Virus record (IMG/VR): IMGVR_UViG_3300030450_001823
Coordinates: 1 to 64,000 of that record
Length of the DNA stretch: 64,000 nt
Source of the DNA: a virus
Direction: 5' to 3' (one strand)
Numbering within the stretch: the first letter of the stretch is position 1; every line of letters begins with the position of its first letter. Positions 27,158 through 36,573 of this stretch are shown piece by piece. The position numbers and the translations under genes are program-made. The notes under the pieces are model-generated. The model ran no database searches. It worked only from the letters and a program-made list of their open reading frames with translations, and was not told the DNA's origin.

Positions 27158-27667
27158 ATGATAAGACAAGGCACTAAACGGACAGGCGTTGTTTCAATGG
27201 GTAACTGCATTGTCAATGCTATGTATAATCGAATGGTAATTTTAGAAGAGCATTTGCATAGAGTAAAGGATAAAGACCCTGCGAATGTGAAAATATGCGT
27301 AGGCTCAATGGGGTTCAAATCGGATGACGGTTTGATACATTGGGAATATGGTGACCCATCGCGTACTGGTAATGATGGTTGGGACAACTTAGGAGGTATA
27401 GATGCTCACGCATGGCTTACTTACACTGATACCAAAGGCAATGAGATAATCATTGACCCTTGGTTTAGGGGATATGAGCGTATCTGTAACCTATGGAATG
27501 TTCGTGCCAAAGACAGGCGTAATTGCAGAACATATTTTCAGATTGAAAGCGCAGATACGCACGAAGTTATTTACATGACAATGGCTATTATGGCAGAAAT
27601 GAAAAAGAAGGTCCCTAGGGACTTGAGCAAATGGCTCAGGGAAAGAAGGCTCGGTGAGGAGGAATGA
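27158..27667 (+). CDS. Transglutaminase/papain-like Cys-His-Asp protein
   Basis: GNC...AHAWL...IIDP. Confidence 0.5.
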   Translation: MIRQGTKRTGVVSMGNCIVNAMYNRMVILEEHLHRVKDKDPANVKICVGSMGFKSDDGLIHWEYGDPSRTGNDGWDNLGGIDAHAWLTYTDTKGNEIIIDPWFRGYERICNLWNVRAKDRRNCRTYFQIESADTHEVIYMTMAIMAEMKKKVPRDLSKWLRERRLGEEE

Positions 27668-28035
27668 TAATCAATTTAACACCTCATGAAATAAACTTAG
27701 TTTCTCACGGCGAGAATGTAACGATACCAAAAGGAATATCAGTAGCAAGAGTGACTAATGCAAAATCGAGCGTTAAGCACATTAAGTACGATGGTCATTC
27801 AATACCAGTAGTTCAACTCACCGGCTCTAAAATCATAGTAAGAACTGGGCTTAGTGAAGAAGATTGGGATAATTTTGTTAAGTTTGAAGAAAAATTACAT
27901 GGAGATTGTCTCTTCATAGTGAGCCACATTACTAGGATGTACATGTCGACTCATACAGACAAAGTCCTCACAATCAACTCAAACTTAACCGGTCTAATAT
28001 CTCACGAAGGTGCGTACATGGAGATGAAAGAGTGA
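27664..28035 (+). CDS. Hypothetical protein (INLTPH family)
   Basis: MIINLTPHEINL...ARV. Confidence 0.6.
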   Translation: MIINLTPHEINLVSHGENVTIPKGISVARVTNAKSSVKHIKYDGHSIPVVQLTGSKIIVRTGLSEEDWDNFVKFEEKLHGDCLFIVSHITRMYMSTHTDKVLTINSNLTGLISHEGAYMEMKE

Positions 28036-29351
28036 TAATCGACACATACAGACCTGACCCCGAAGGTCCTGACCATATCTACAAGAGATGGCGAGACTCA
28101 GAGGGCGCTCTCATAGAAGAGCACATCTCTGACTTCAAGCCCTATTTTTGGATTAAAGAATCTACTCCACCTCGTGTTGTTAATCGCATACTAGGTCGCT
28201 ACCCCGGTTCAGAAATAGACTGGAATGATACAGCAGTAGCACTGCGTACTGATGAAAAGTTAGTCAAAGTGTATGCGTTTAGAACTAGCGACATTAGGCA
28301 GATGTGCCATGAGTTCAGAGTGACTTGGGAGGGCGACTTTAGCCTAGCAGATAGGTACCTTATAGATGAGATAGAGGAGATGCCTCAATGGAAACCAAGG
28401 GTATGGCACTTCGATTTAGAATGGGACCCCAAGACTGACGAGACTACAGTTATGGCAGTAATCGACAATTACAACAACCGTAACATAGCATTTTGCTGGC
28501 AAGATAATGACCCAAAGGGACTAGCGAATAAGTGGGAGACAACAGAGCGTGAGGTTGAATATGAAGTCAACGAAGTTCCTGTTAAGTTCACTTATGAGCG
28601 GTACGAATATGGCTCAGAGAGGGAAATGCATCAGGCTTTTATGAACTATATGGATGAATGTAATCCTGACATATTCGTGGCACATGCAATAATGTGGGCG
28701 GACCTCCCGCATCTTATCAGGCGTTTGCCTGAGTTTAGGCAACTAAGTCCTCTAAACCGTGTACTGCGACCACCTAACAAATCTGACTCAAAGGGCTATG
28801 ACTATGTGGCCCAACCGATTATAGGTAGGCTATGCTTTGACACAGCCGCCCCTATCAGAAGCGGTAGTGGATTTGAGCGCGTATGGAAAGATAGCGGTCA
28901 GCCTCAGTTGAAGAATAGAAAACTAGACACCATAGCCAAAGCCTGTAACATGGGAGGTAAGTTCGACATGGATGTATTCACTGGATGGGCCGAGCGCTTT
29001 GATGACTATGTCGACTACTGTATGCAAGATACAATTCTACTCAAACGAATAGATGAAGACAACCATGTTCTAAACTTCTTCTTATCCTTACAAAGATTAT
29101 GCGGTGTACGCTTCTCTTCATGTCACAATGTAACGAGGTTCGCTCGTGGCCTACTTAGTAGACGCACTCACTTGAAAGCCCCGACTAAGTCTAATCAGGA
29201 GAAAAGGGAGTACGAAGGTGCATTCATACCTCCGCCCTCACCGGGTCGATACGAGAGTGTAGCCTGTGTAGATTACAAGGGGCTGTACCCCTCACTAATC
29301 CTCTCGCATAACCTCTGCTGGACTACACAAGTAAAAGGTGATGCCCGATGA
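28032..29351 (+). CDS. polB: Family B DNA polymerase, N-terminal part (exonuclease + motif A)
   Basis: FKPYF, FDLE (ExoI), YCMQD (ExoIII), YEGA, DYKGLYPSLILSHN. Confidence 0.92.
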   Translation: MIIDTYRPDPEGPDHIYKRWRDSEGALIEEHISDFKPYFWIKESTPPRVVNRILGRYPGSEIDWNDTAVALRTDEKLVKVYAFRTSDIRQMCHEFRVTWEGDFSLADRYLIDEIEEMPQWKPRVWHFDLEWDPKTDETTVMAVIDNYNNRNIAFCWQDNDPKGLANKWETTEREVEYEVNEVPVKFTYERYEYGSEREMHQAFMNYMDECNPDIFVAHAIMWADLPHLIRRLPEFRQLSPLNRVLRPPNKSDSKGYDYVAQPIIGRLCFDTAAPIRSGSGFERVWKDSGQPQLKNRKLDTIAKACNMGGKFDMDVFTGWAERFDDYVDYCMQDTILLKRIDEDNHVLNFFLSLQRLCGVRFSSCHNVTRFARGLLSRRTHLKAPTKSNQEKREYEGAFIPPPSPGRYESVACVDYKGLYPSLILSHNLCWTTQVKGDAR

Positions 29352-30391
29352 CTATACACACACTACCTGACGGCTCTCGTTGGGACCAATCTAAGAAGGG
29401 ACTTTTGCCTCAGATTGTAGAGGAAATGTTTGAACTTCGTGATGAGTACAAGCAGAAGATGAAAGAAGCAACAGACCCTATAGAAAAGGCCGGTTGGAAT
29501 ACAATGCAACTTGCTACCAAGCGCGTCATGGCGAGTCTATATGGCTGCGTTGCGAGTCCTTATTGGGGATGGTGTGACTTTGACATAGCGAACGCTATTA
29601 CTTCTTGTGGCAGAGAGGCTATCAAGTTTCTAATGGAGGAGTCCCAAGCACAGGGTTACGAAGCCTTGTACGGTCACACTGATTCAGCATTCGTAAGCGT
29701 ACCATTTGATGAGGCACCGGCACTAGCCAAGCACTTGACTGAAAAAGCCCAAAGCACTCTGAACGCCAGTCATTTGGCTGTAGAGTTTGAAGCATACATG
29801 CCCTACTGGATTGTAGGCGGTAAGAACCTGTACTATGGTATATGCTCATGGCCTCCCGAAGACGAGGGTAAAGTCAAGAGCGCACGGTGGGGTAAAATCA
29901 GCACGCTGGCTCCCATTTCTAAAAACTTAGAGAATGATGTACTGTTGGCTATTTGTACAGGTGCAGACGAAGATACTGTGACTGATATAGTTAGACCATT
30001 AGCCAAAAGAATAGACAAGGGTACAGTCGAAATAGAAGAAGTCGCTGGCACCACTCGTATTCAAAAAGCACTCAATGCGTATGCCAAAAACGCAGGTGTG
30101 CCCGGAGTAAAGGGTGCAAGGTATTACAACGCACATATTGCTAAGAGTAGGACTGATTACTTCGGAGAGGGAGATAGTGTAAACTGGGTATATGTCACTA
30201 GTGTGCCCCAAGGCTTACCGCCCGCTGACATAGTCGCCTATAGAAACGAGGCTGATTTAGAAGGGTTTGAATTAGATTATGAAAAGATGGTCGACAAATT
30301 GGTTAAATCTAAAATGAAAAATATATTCAAAGCGATGAATTGGAACCTTGAGTTCGCATCAGGCGCTGCGAGACCTAAGAGGTATTGGTGA
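29348..30391 (+). CDS. polB: Family B DNA polymerase, C-terminal part (motifs B, C, thumb)
   Basis: GLLPQIV, QLATKRVMASLYG, YGHTDS, KNLYYG. Confidence 0.92.
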   Translation: MTIHTLPDGSRWDQSKKGLLPQIVEEMFELRDEYKQKMKEATDPIEKAGWNTMQLATKRVMASLYGCVASPYWGWCDFDIANAITSCGREAIKFLMEESQAQGYEALYGHTDSAFVSVPFDEAPALAKHLTEKAQSTLNASHLAVEFEAYMPYWIVGGKNLYYGICSWPPEDEGKVKSARWGKISTLAPISKNLENDVLLAICTGADEDTVTDIVRPLAKRIDKGTVEIEEVAGTTRIQKALNAYAKNAGVPGVKGARYYNAHIAKSRTDYFGEGDSVNWVYVTSVPQGLPPADIVAYRNEADLEGFELDYEKMVDKLVKSKMKNIFKAMNWNLEFASGAARPKRYW

Positions 30392-30395
30392 TAAA

Positions 30396-30578
30396 ATGAG
30401 TAGAATAGAAGATGATGTTTGTAAGAAGATTAAGGCCCGCTCAGAAGTAGGCAAAGAGAAGTATGGCGTGACTATGGAACAAGAGGTTCTATCTATACGC
30501 GAGTGGCTTGTACACCTACAAGAAGAGTTGATGGATGCAGCAGTGTATGTTGAGAAGTTATTGGGGATGGTAGAATGA
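30396..30578 (+). CDS. Small all-alpha NTP pyrophosphohydrolase (MazG-like) protein
   Basis: R...GKEKYG...WLVHLQEELMDAAVY. Confidence 0.55.
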   Translation: MSRIEDDVCKKIKARSEVGKEKYGVTMEQEVLSIREWLVHLQEELMDAAVYVEKLLGMVE

Positions 30579-30723
30579 ATAAACCGACATCTGAAAGAGA
30601 ATGTACTTGCGGGCGCGTAGTCAAGGCTGATAATTGGTACAGGATGGCAAGTGGTCGCCAAGCGTGGGGCTTTTGCAGCACCTGTGGGACATCTCATGCT
30701 TTTAATGAATGGAGGGATAGGAG

Positions 30724-30939
30724 ATGAGTTTGTTTGGTCAAAAGCCGTTTATTCAAGAAGCAGATATGGATTATCCCAAGTGTTGCTTTGGGTGTGGATT
30801 ACACCGACCATTGTTTACTATTTACGGGCAATGGACTTGGGACCTTTGTTATGATTGTAAAACTGAAATGCGTAATATAGGCATAGAGGAATGGTATATG
30901 TTCCATGGAAAAAACATATTGAAGGAGGAGAGCGAATGA
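30724..30939 (+). CDS. Zn-finger microprotein ending KEESE
   Basis: CFGC...CYDC. Confidence 0.55.
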   Translation: MSLFGQKPFIQEADMDYPKCCFGCGLHRPLFTIYGQWTWDLCYDCKTEMRNIGIEEWYMFHGKNILKEESE

Positions 30940-31073
30940 GTGACCGTTCTCATTGGACTCCTCTTGATTGGGCGAGCCTTAGATACCATCCATCAATCAC
31001 CTGCGCTTGTTGTAATGAGCGATTTGCAAAGAATATACCCAAGCCTGTAAAATTAAAGGAGGAAAGCGAATGA
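30936..31073 (+). CDS. 45-aa mini-gene flanked by 22-bp direct repeats
   Basis: MSDRSHW...CACC...LKEESE*. Confidence 0.55.
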   Translation: MSDRSHWTPLDWASLRYHPSITCACCNERFAKNIPKPVKLKEESE

Positions 31074-32068
31074 GTGATAGAGATTGGAGCGCATACGCCA
31101 AGTCCACATATCAGTGGGAGCCGGGACATAAGTTACACCTGCGTATGACAAAGTCTAGCCTAACCAGTGACTTTGACTACTGCCCTAAGTCGTATGAGTA
31201 CAAGCGTATTCATAGATTACCTGAGCCAAGCACAGATGACATGACAAGAGGTACGAATGTTCACGATGCAATCGAACAGTATTACATCAACTTAGCACCT
31301 CTTATACAAAAAGCAGCAGCAGCCCTCCCTGAAAAACCAGCAAAAGCGATGGCAATTTTACAAGAGGCGTTACCGGTACCTGATGAGCCATACACACTAG
31401 GTGAAGAGCCTATTATTCAGAAAAGACTTGACTGGGACCTTGCTCGTCTACAATCAGATGGGGTGAAGAACTTCTTGCCTATTATCAATGAGTTAGAAGT
31501 ACACGCCTACGCAGAGGAGACTATCGAGTTCAATGGTGAGGAAATTACAATTCCAATTCATTACGCTGGTTCGATTGACCGAGGTTTTAGGACAGATGAA
31601 GATACAATTGCGATTATGGAATTGAAGACCGGTAAGTTTGTACAGAAACTCAAGAAGGATAAATGGGAAACCGACCGCTACAAGGTACAATCTATGAGAA
31701 CTGAGATGGCATTTTACAAGTATTTGCTTGAGAAAGCGAACCACAATTTACAGGATGTTACGCACTGGGGCTGGGTGTATCCAGCGGGTTCTACCAAGGT
31801 GCTAGATAAACTAGACAAATATGGTTATGAACAAAGGTCGATTGACAACATTACATACGAATCTTGCCTAGGTAGAAACGGCAACACCTACAAGAAGAAG
31901 ATAATTAGAATGAGGGATGCACTGTTAACCGCGTATCTAACCAGTAACTTTCCACCAAAGGCGAGTGTAGGTAAATGTGCTTGGTGTAGTTTCAAGAGCA
32001 TATGCCCCGAATGGGGTGGTAGTGATAATCCACAAGAATACTTAGAAAATTATGAGGAGGAGAAATAA
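31070..32068 (+). CDS. Cas4/RecB-like PD-(D/E)XK exonuclease
   Basis: YCP, GTNVH, GSIDR, ELKTG, C-x2-C-x5-C Fe-S staple. Confidence 0.85.
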   Translation: MSDRDWSAYAKSTYQWEPGHKLHLRMTKSSLTSDFDYCPKSYEYKRIHRLPEPSTDDMTRGTNVHDAIEQYYINLAPLIQKAAAALPEKPAKAMAILQEALPVPDEPYTLGEEPIIQKRLDWDLARLQSDGVKNFLPIINELEVHAYAEETIEFNGEEITIPIHYAGSIDRGFRTDEDTIAIMELKTGKFVQKLKKDKWETDRYKVQSMRTEMAFYKYLLEKANHNLQDVTHWGWVYPAGSTKVLDKLDKYGYEQRSIDNITYESCLGRNGNTYKKKIIRMRDALLTAYLTSNFPPKASVGKCAWCSFKSICPEWGGSDNPQEYLENYEEEK

Positions 32069-32329
32069 ATGAATAAAAATATGATGAAGAGAACTATAGA
32101 AACACTGATGACTGAAATTGTGAAAAGACCAGTTGTAGTAGACTTTGGGCACTTGGGCCAAGACAGACCCTACACGGTTGCTATACAGAAGAGCCTGTAT
32201 GAGTTTGACCCCGAAGGTGGGCCTAAAGGACCTATGTACCTTAGTCTAAACAATAACCTGTTACAAGATACGGGTAAACTGACAAAGGTACTTGCTTCGT
32301 TCTGCCCTGACCATTCTCATGGTGAGTGA
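32069..32329 (+). CDS. Hypothetical protein
   Basis: 86-aa ORF with RBS. Confidence 0.6.
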   Translation: MNKNMMKRTIETLMTEIVKRPVVVDFGHLGQDRPYTVAIQKSLYEFDPEGGPKGPMYLSLNNNLLQDTGKLTKVLASFCPDHSHGE

Positions 32330-32333
32330 TTCC

Positions 32334-33428
32334 ATGAAAATAGTATTTGATTTCCCAAGGGAGGTAATGGAACTCAGTACTGAGAAAGGCAAAGGCTTTA
32401 GAAAAATAGTCCGTAACAGTGAAGATTTAGAGACATACTGGGCTGGTAAAAACGGCGTATCCAATGCGTATATGACAGTGTACGGGTATAGAGCGACACA
32501 GCAGCCTTACAACAAAAGAGTAGATTTGACTACACCGATTATACGACACTTCGTATTGGACTTTGATGCTAAGAACTTTAGAGACAGGAGGAGACCCGAT
32601 GTGGAGATAGAAGTAGCGCTATCTCAGACTCTCAAATTACATCACTATCTACTGGATAGAAAGGTATCACATGCAGTTTGGTACAGCGGGGGCGGATTCC
32701 ATGTATGGGTACAGTTAGACAAAGCATATACTCCCGGTAGCGGAGGTCACTTGTCTTCTATCCAAGAAGCAGGTATGCAGTTAGTGAATGACTGGATTAA
32801 AGATTTAGATTTGTTTTGCTCAGACCCCGCAGTGCCTTTCAATACCAGTGGCATGATTCGTATTCCTAACTCCTATAATGCCAAGCGCGGCTATTGGAGT
32901 ATACCCCTCAACACAAATGACATGGAGAGGGGAATAGAACACATTATGGAAATAGCAGAGCAACCGAAGGCGGGGCTTATGTCATATGGAGAATCAGGTA
33001 TAGCACTGGATGTGAAAAAGCCTAGCGAGCGCACTCAGATTTTTGACCCAGCCGCCAAGCCTCTTGACCTAGATACTGTCTCGATGGATGGTATAATCAT
33101 ATTACCCTGCTTGAACTCTGCCGCTTGTCAGGTCGGTAGTAACCCTAGCCATGACGCTCGTGTACAGTTAGTCAAGTACTTATCACAGCGCCTTAGAAAC
33201 TTCAACAAAACGAATCAAATATCTGCCGAAGATATAGAAAAACACAGTGATATGATTGTAGATTACATACGCTCTTTGCAATGGGCTGACTTTGACGAAG
33301 GTACTACTCGTTATCAAGTTGGTACAATTGTAGGTACAGACTACCCTCAGACATGTAAAATGTTATGGAGTAAAGGTCTCTGCCTTGGAAAGTGCCGTTA
33401 CTGGGACAAGACGGGGGCGATAATTTGA
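32334..33428 (+). CDS. Archaeo-eukaryotic primase, PriS fused to PriL-like Fe-S domain
   Basis: LDFD, SGGGFH, RIPNSYN; C-terminal LPC, HDAR, C...C...C. Confidence 0.85.
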   Translation: MKIVFDFPREVMELSTEKGKGFRKIVRNSEDLETYWAGKNGVSNAYMTVYGYRATQQPYNKRVDLTTPIIRHFVLDFDAKNFRDRRRPDVEIEVALSQTLKLHHYLLDRKVSHAVWYSGGGFHVWVQLDKAYTPGSGGHLSSIQEAGMQLVNDWIKDLDLFCSDPAVPFNTSGMIRIPNSYNAKRGYWSIPLNTNDMERGIEHIMEIAEQPKAGLMSYGESGIALDVKKPSERTQIFDPAAKPLDLDTVSMDGIIILPCLNSAACQVGSNPSHDARVQLVKYLSQRLRNFNKTNQISAEDIEKHSDMIVDYIRSLQWADFDEGTTRYQVGTIVGTDYPQTCKMLWSKGLCLGKCRYWDKTGAII

Positions 33429-33652
33429 AGCAACACTCATTTCATGGCGCTGAGTGCGCCATATGCAAAAAGGGCATCAAAGTGAACAATAGGACCAAGC
33501 GCAGCATATGCTTTCAATGTAACAACAAATACCCGCCGCCTCAAGAATACAGGTGTAAAGGGATTAATGCTAAAGGTGAACAGTGCGGCCAATGGGCTAA
33601 AGTTGAACTCGATTGGTGCGGCCTCCATATACCAAAGGAGGGTAATAAATGA
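33425..33652 (+). CDS. Cys-rich Zn-finger protein
   Basis: CAIC, CFQC, C...C...CGLH. Confidence 0.55.
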   Translation: MKQHSFHGAECAICKKGIKVNNRTKRSICFQCNNKYPPPQEYRCKGINAKGEQCGQWAKVELDWCGLHIPKEGNK

Positions 33653-33765
33653 AAGACAATGTGTGGGTACAGACCGCAGAGGCTATACTAATAATAGCCA
33701 TTCTACTACCTATTGTAGTGGTACTATACCCTATTTACTGGTTAAAAGAGAAGGTGTTTGGATGA
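33649..33765 (+). CDS. 38-aa single-pass membrane peptide (not in track)
   Basis: MKDNVWVQTAEAILIIAILLPIVVVLYPIYWLKEKVFG*; GGAGG RBS; ATGA-coupled to next gene. Confidence 0.55.
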   Translation: MKDNVWVQTAEAILIIAILLPIVVVLYPIYWLKEKVFG

Positions 33766-34487
33766 AGATACCTAACCTAATCATAGACTCTAACGAGCGG
33801 GGGCCTCTACGAGACTCTGTCATCCGTTTGTCTGAAAAACAAGGCTTTGCAGTTAGTCAAGAGCATTTACAAGGACTAGGCGATTACAAGGTAGGCGCGG
33901 GTCATGTTGAGTGCAAGAGCCTAAGTGACTTTTTCCAGTCAAGTCACAGTGGTCATCTTATGAGACAAATGGAAAACCTTGACTCTAATTGCGAGCGAGT
34001 TTTCCTAGTGGTACACGGCGACCTCGCTAAGTATGTAGCCATGAGTAAAAAACAAGGTCGCAACATTTCCTATTCCAAAGTAATGAATGAACTACTAGGT
34101 ACATTCGCAAGAATCATGGCAGACTTCGATTGCCATATCTATAGAGCGAAGGACCACTCAGAAGCGGGTATGTTCATCACTAAGTTACATTCCAAACTAC
34201 ACAAGCCCGCAAGTAGGCACGGTGCAAGGGCAGTTACTCGTGTAAGTACAAACGATGTCCGAGCAGACATGCTTTTAACGGTGCCCGGATTCGGACCTGA
34301 GTTAGTCGAGCGGACACTTGAGAAATGCGGGTCGATAGAAGAGATGTTATTCCAAGAATCACTAAAGCAAGTAAAGGGTATGGGGGCTACATTGAGGAAA
34401 AGATTACTAGATGTACTGACATCAGAAGAGCCGGTTAAGATTCAGAGGAAATACAATAAGAGAGGGAATTACAATGATGGAACATAG
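33762..34487 (+). CDS. ERCC4/XPF (Hef-type) structure-specific nuclease with HhH
   Basis: IIDSNE, GDY, VECKSLSDF, Q...L; VPGFG and VKGMG HhH motifs. Confidence 0.85.
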   Translation: MKIPNLIIDSNERGPLRDSVIRLSEKQGFAVSQEHLQGLGDYKVGAGHVECKSLSDFFQSSHSGHLMRQMENLDSNCERVFLVVHGDLAKYVAMSKKQGRNISYSKVMNELLGTFARIMADFDCHIYRAKDHSEAGMFITKLHSKLHKPASRHGARAVTRVSTNDVRADMLLTVPGFGPELVERTLEKCGSIEEMLFQESLKQVKGMGATLRKRLLDVLTSEEPVKIQRKYNKRGNYNDGT

Positions 34488-35898
34488 AGCAGATAACTAC
34501 GAATGCGTGCATAGATACCCAATTCTAAAGGGTTACTTAGAACACTTTAACCAAGTGTCAAAAAATAATGAAATACCGGGGCTACTGTCCTTCTTTTTCA
34601 TACAAGGTCAGGCGGCCATACCTTATGTCCGCATCCCTGTGGGTGGTAGTAACCTTGACCCTCGTGTGAGTATGTTTTGGATTCAAGGTACTCGTACCGG
34701 TAAATCAGCAGCATACCAAGTGATAGAGCAGGTACTGAAAGGCGCTGGCTTACAGTCCACTGACTATGCGTCGGGTAACGATGCTGCACTTGTCGGTACG
34801 CTTGTAGACGACCCCGAATCAGAAGATAGGAGAAACCCTGACCAAATAGTAAGAGCAGGTCTACTGGCAGGTAGAAAGGGACTTAACTTTGACGAAGGGT
34901 CCATTTTGCTGAAAACCGGCCAGCACAATGAGAATACAACACTGTTCCTTCAAACGGCGCTGAACTCATCAGGTACAGGTCGTAACATACTGGTCAAACA
35001 CATGGCTAGAGACACATTTGAAATCAAATCCGAAGTATCTCTTTGGATTACCACATACCCGCCTAACGGTATCAAAGAGCATGTACTTGACAAAGGTATT
35101 TTCCAAAGAGTACTGACCTACTGGCGACATTGGACTCTTGAAATGAAAAGAGAAATCGCCCACGAATTAGCAGACGCTGTGCACAGTAAGCCCGACTTCA
35201 CTATGTCATTTGAAAAGGTCATAGAACATTTCATCAACATTCAGAAGAACCTCAAGCAGAGGGTATTCAAGTTGACTGGATTGAACGATATGGAGTGGAA
35301 TGACATGAATGAAGAAGACCAAGACTCTACGGTTTTGGCAATAATGGATGATTTGTTCACAGTACACCCCTCTTTCCACCCAGCGCTACACTTGGCAATA
35401 GACGACTACTATGATTCAATAGAAGACATGGACCCGCAAAAACAAGGCGTATGTGCTTCTTTCATCATGGGTCTACAGAATTACACAAATGTATTGGCGC
35501 ATCACATGGCTATGATAGAAGGCGTTTGGGTAGTCACTGGTGAACATGTAGACATGGCTAAGGAAATCCTTTACGACCTATATCAGAACTTGATACACTG
35601 GCTAGAATCAGAAGTGAAAGTCGGTATGGTTGGTAAGGAAAAGCAGAAATTAGAAGGTGCTTGGAAAGAGGCATTCAAGCGATGTGAAAAGTTTGACTTT
35701 GACGATAACAGAGGAGTAGGCTGGGTCAGAAAGAGTTCGATGATGAAGCAATTCGGAGTCATTGCTAACTTGAGTTCAGATAGCGCTATCAACAACAAGT
35801 ACAATTCATTCGGTGCCAAGGTGTTTGAAGAGACAAACGAAGGCGTCAGAAAATACGCTAGACTAAGGGCTGATTACAGAGACAATAAGAAAGCGTGA
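34474..35898 (+). CDS. Divergent MCM-like AAA+ ATPase (putative replicative helicase)
   Basis: QGTRTGKS (Walker A), GLLAG..GLNFDE (Walker B), FQR Arg finger. Confidence 0.65.
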   Translation: MMEHRADNYECVHRYPILKGYLEHFNQVSKNNEIPGLLSFFFIQGQAAIPYVRIPVGGSNLDPRVSMFWIQGTRTGKSAAYQVIEQVLKGAGLQSTDYASGNDAALVGTLVDDPESEDRRNPDQIVRAGLLAGRKGLNFDEGSILLKTGQHNENTTLFLQTALNSSGTGRNILVKHMARDTFEIKSEVSLWITTYPPNGIKEHVLDKGIFQRVLTYWRHWTLEMKREIAHELADAVHSKPDFTMSFEKVIEHFINIQKNLKQRVFKLTGLNDMEWNDMNEEDQDSTVLAIMDDLFTVHPSFHPALHLAIDDYYDSIEDMDPQKQGVCASFIMGLQNYTNVLAHHMAMIEGVWVVTGEHVDMAKEILYDLYQNLIHWLESEVKVGMVGKEKQKLEGAWKEAFKRCEKFDFDDNRGVGWVRKSSMMKQFGVIANLSSDSAINNKYNSFGAKVFEETNEGVRKYARLRADYRDNKKA

Positions 35899-35936
35899 TA
35901 GGTGTCTACTTACTGGGAATACAATAGAGGGATGAT

Positions 35937-36545
35937 ATGAATAAGATGCTGGCACTTGATATAGAGACTGCAAATTACTCTCATGAAATAGGAGGCTGGG
36001 GTCAAACTCACTTGTTTGAACCTAGCGTAGTCGCTACATGGGATGGTAACGAGGGTGTAGTTTACGCGAATGAAAATGTAGAAAAATATCTACCCGAAGG
36101 TACTATCATCAAGTCACTCCATCCTAAAACACTCGGAGAGGACCTTGCCAAGCATGTATCTGATGGAGGAATGGTACTCGGTCATAACTTGAAAATGTTT
36201 GACCTACCTATACTCCGAGACGCTTTGGATTGCTGGACTGCAAGAGACATTATGAACAAATCAGCCGAGCAAGTTTTTGACACATCTGCTTTGCTCAAAG
36301 GTATAGTCGGTCACGCTGTCCCATTGTCAGATGCCTGTTACCATACTCTTGGTAAAGGTAAACTCATGACTAGTCACGACGCCCCAATAGAGTGGAGAAA
36401 GGGTAATCACAGCAAAGTTGCTGAGTATTGCCTCAAAGATGCGGAATTAGTTTATGAACTATGGCGTCACGGCGTAGACGAGGGACTCATAAAAGCCCGG
36501 TGCAGGTCATCGGGCGAAGTCAAAGAATACGAAGTAGATTGGTGA
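35937..36545 (+). CDS. DEDD/RNase H-like 3'-5' exonuclease
   Basis: LDIET, GHN..FD, YCLKD. Confidence 0.8.
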   Translation: MNKMLALDIETANYSHEIGGWGQTHLFEPSVVATWDGNEGVVYANENVEKYLPEGTIIKSLHPKTLGEDLAKHVSDGGMVLGHNLKMFDLPILRDALDCWTARDIMNKSAEQVFDTSALLKGIVGHAVPLSDACYHTLGKGKLMTSHDAPIEWRKGNHSKVAEYCLKDAELVYELWRHGVDEGLIKARCRSSGEVKEYEVDW

Positions 36546-36573
36546 TTCAAATAACAAAAAGAGAGGGAAATAT

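Noticed and set aside
29300-29400. Split intein or sequencing frameshift at the PolB break
   Set aside because: No intein terminal motifs; the second ORF has its own GGTGA RBS and ATGA overlap like other genes here.
36546-36573. Partial promoter-like AAATAACAAAAAGAG before the chaperonin
   Set aside because: Lacks the TTATA and upstream GACTGA parts; could be chance A-rich sequence.
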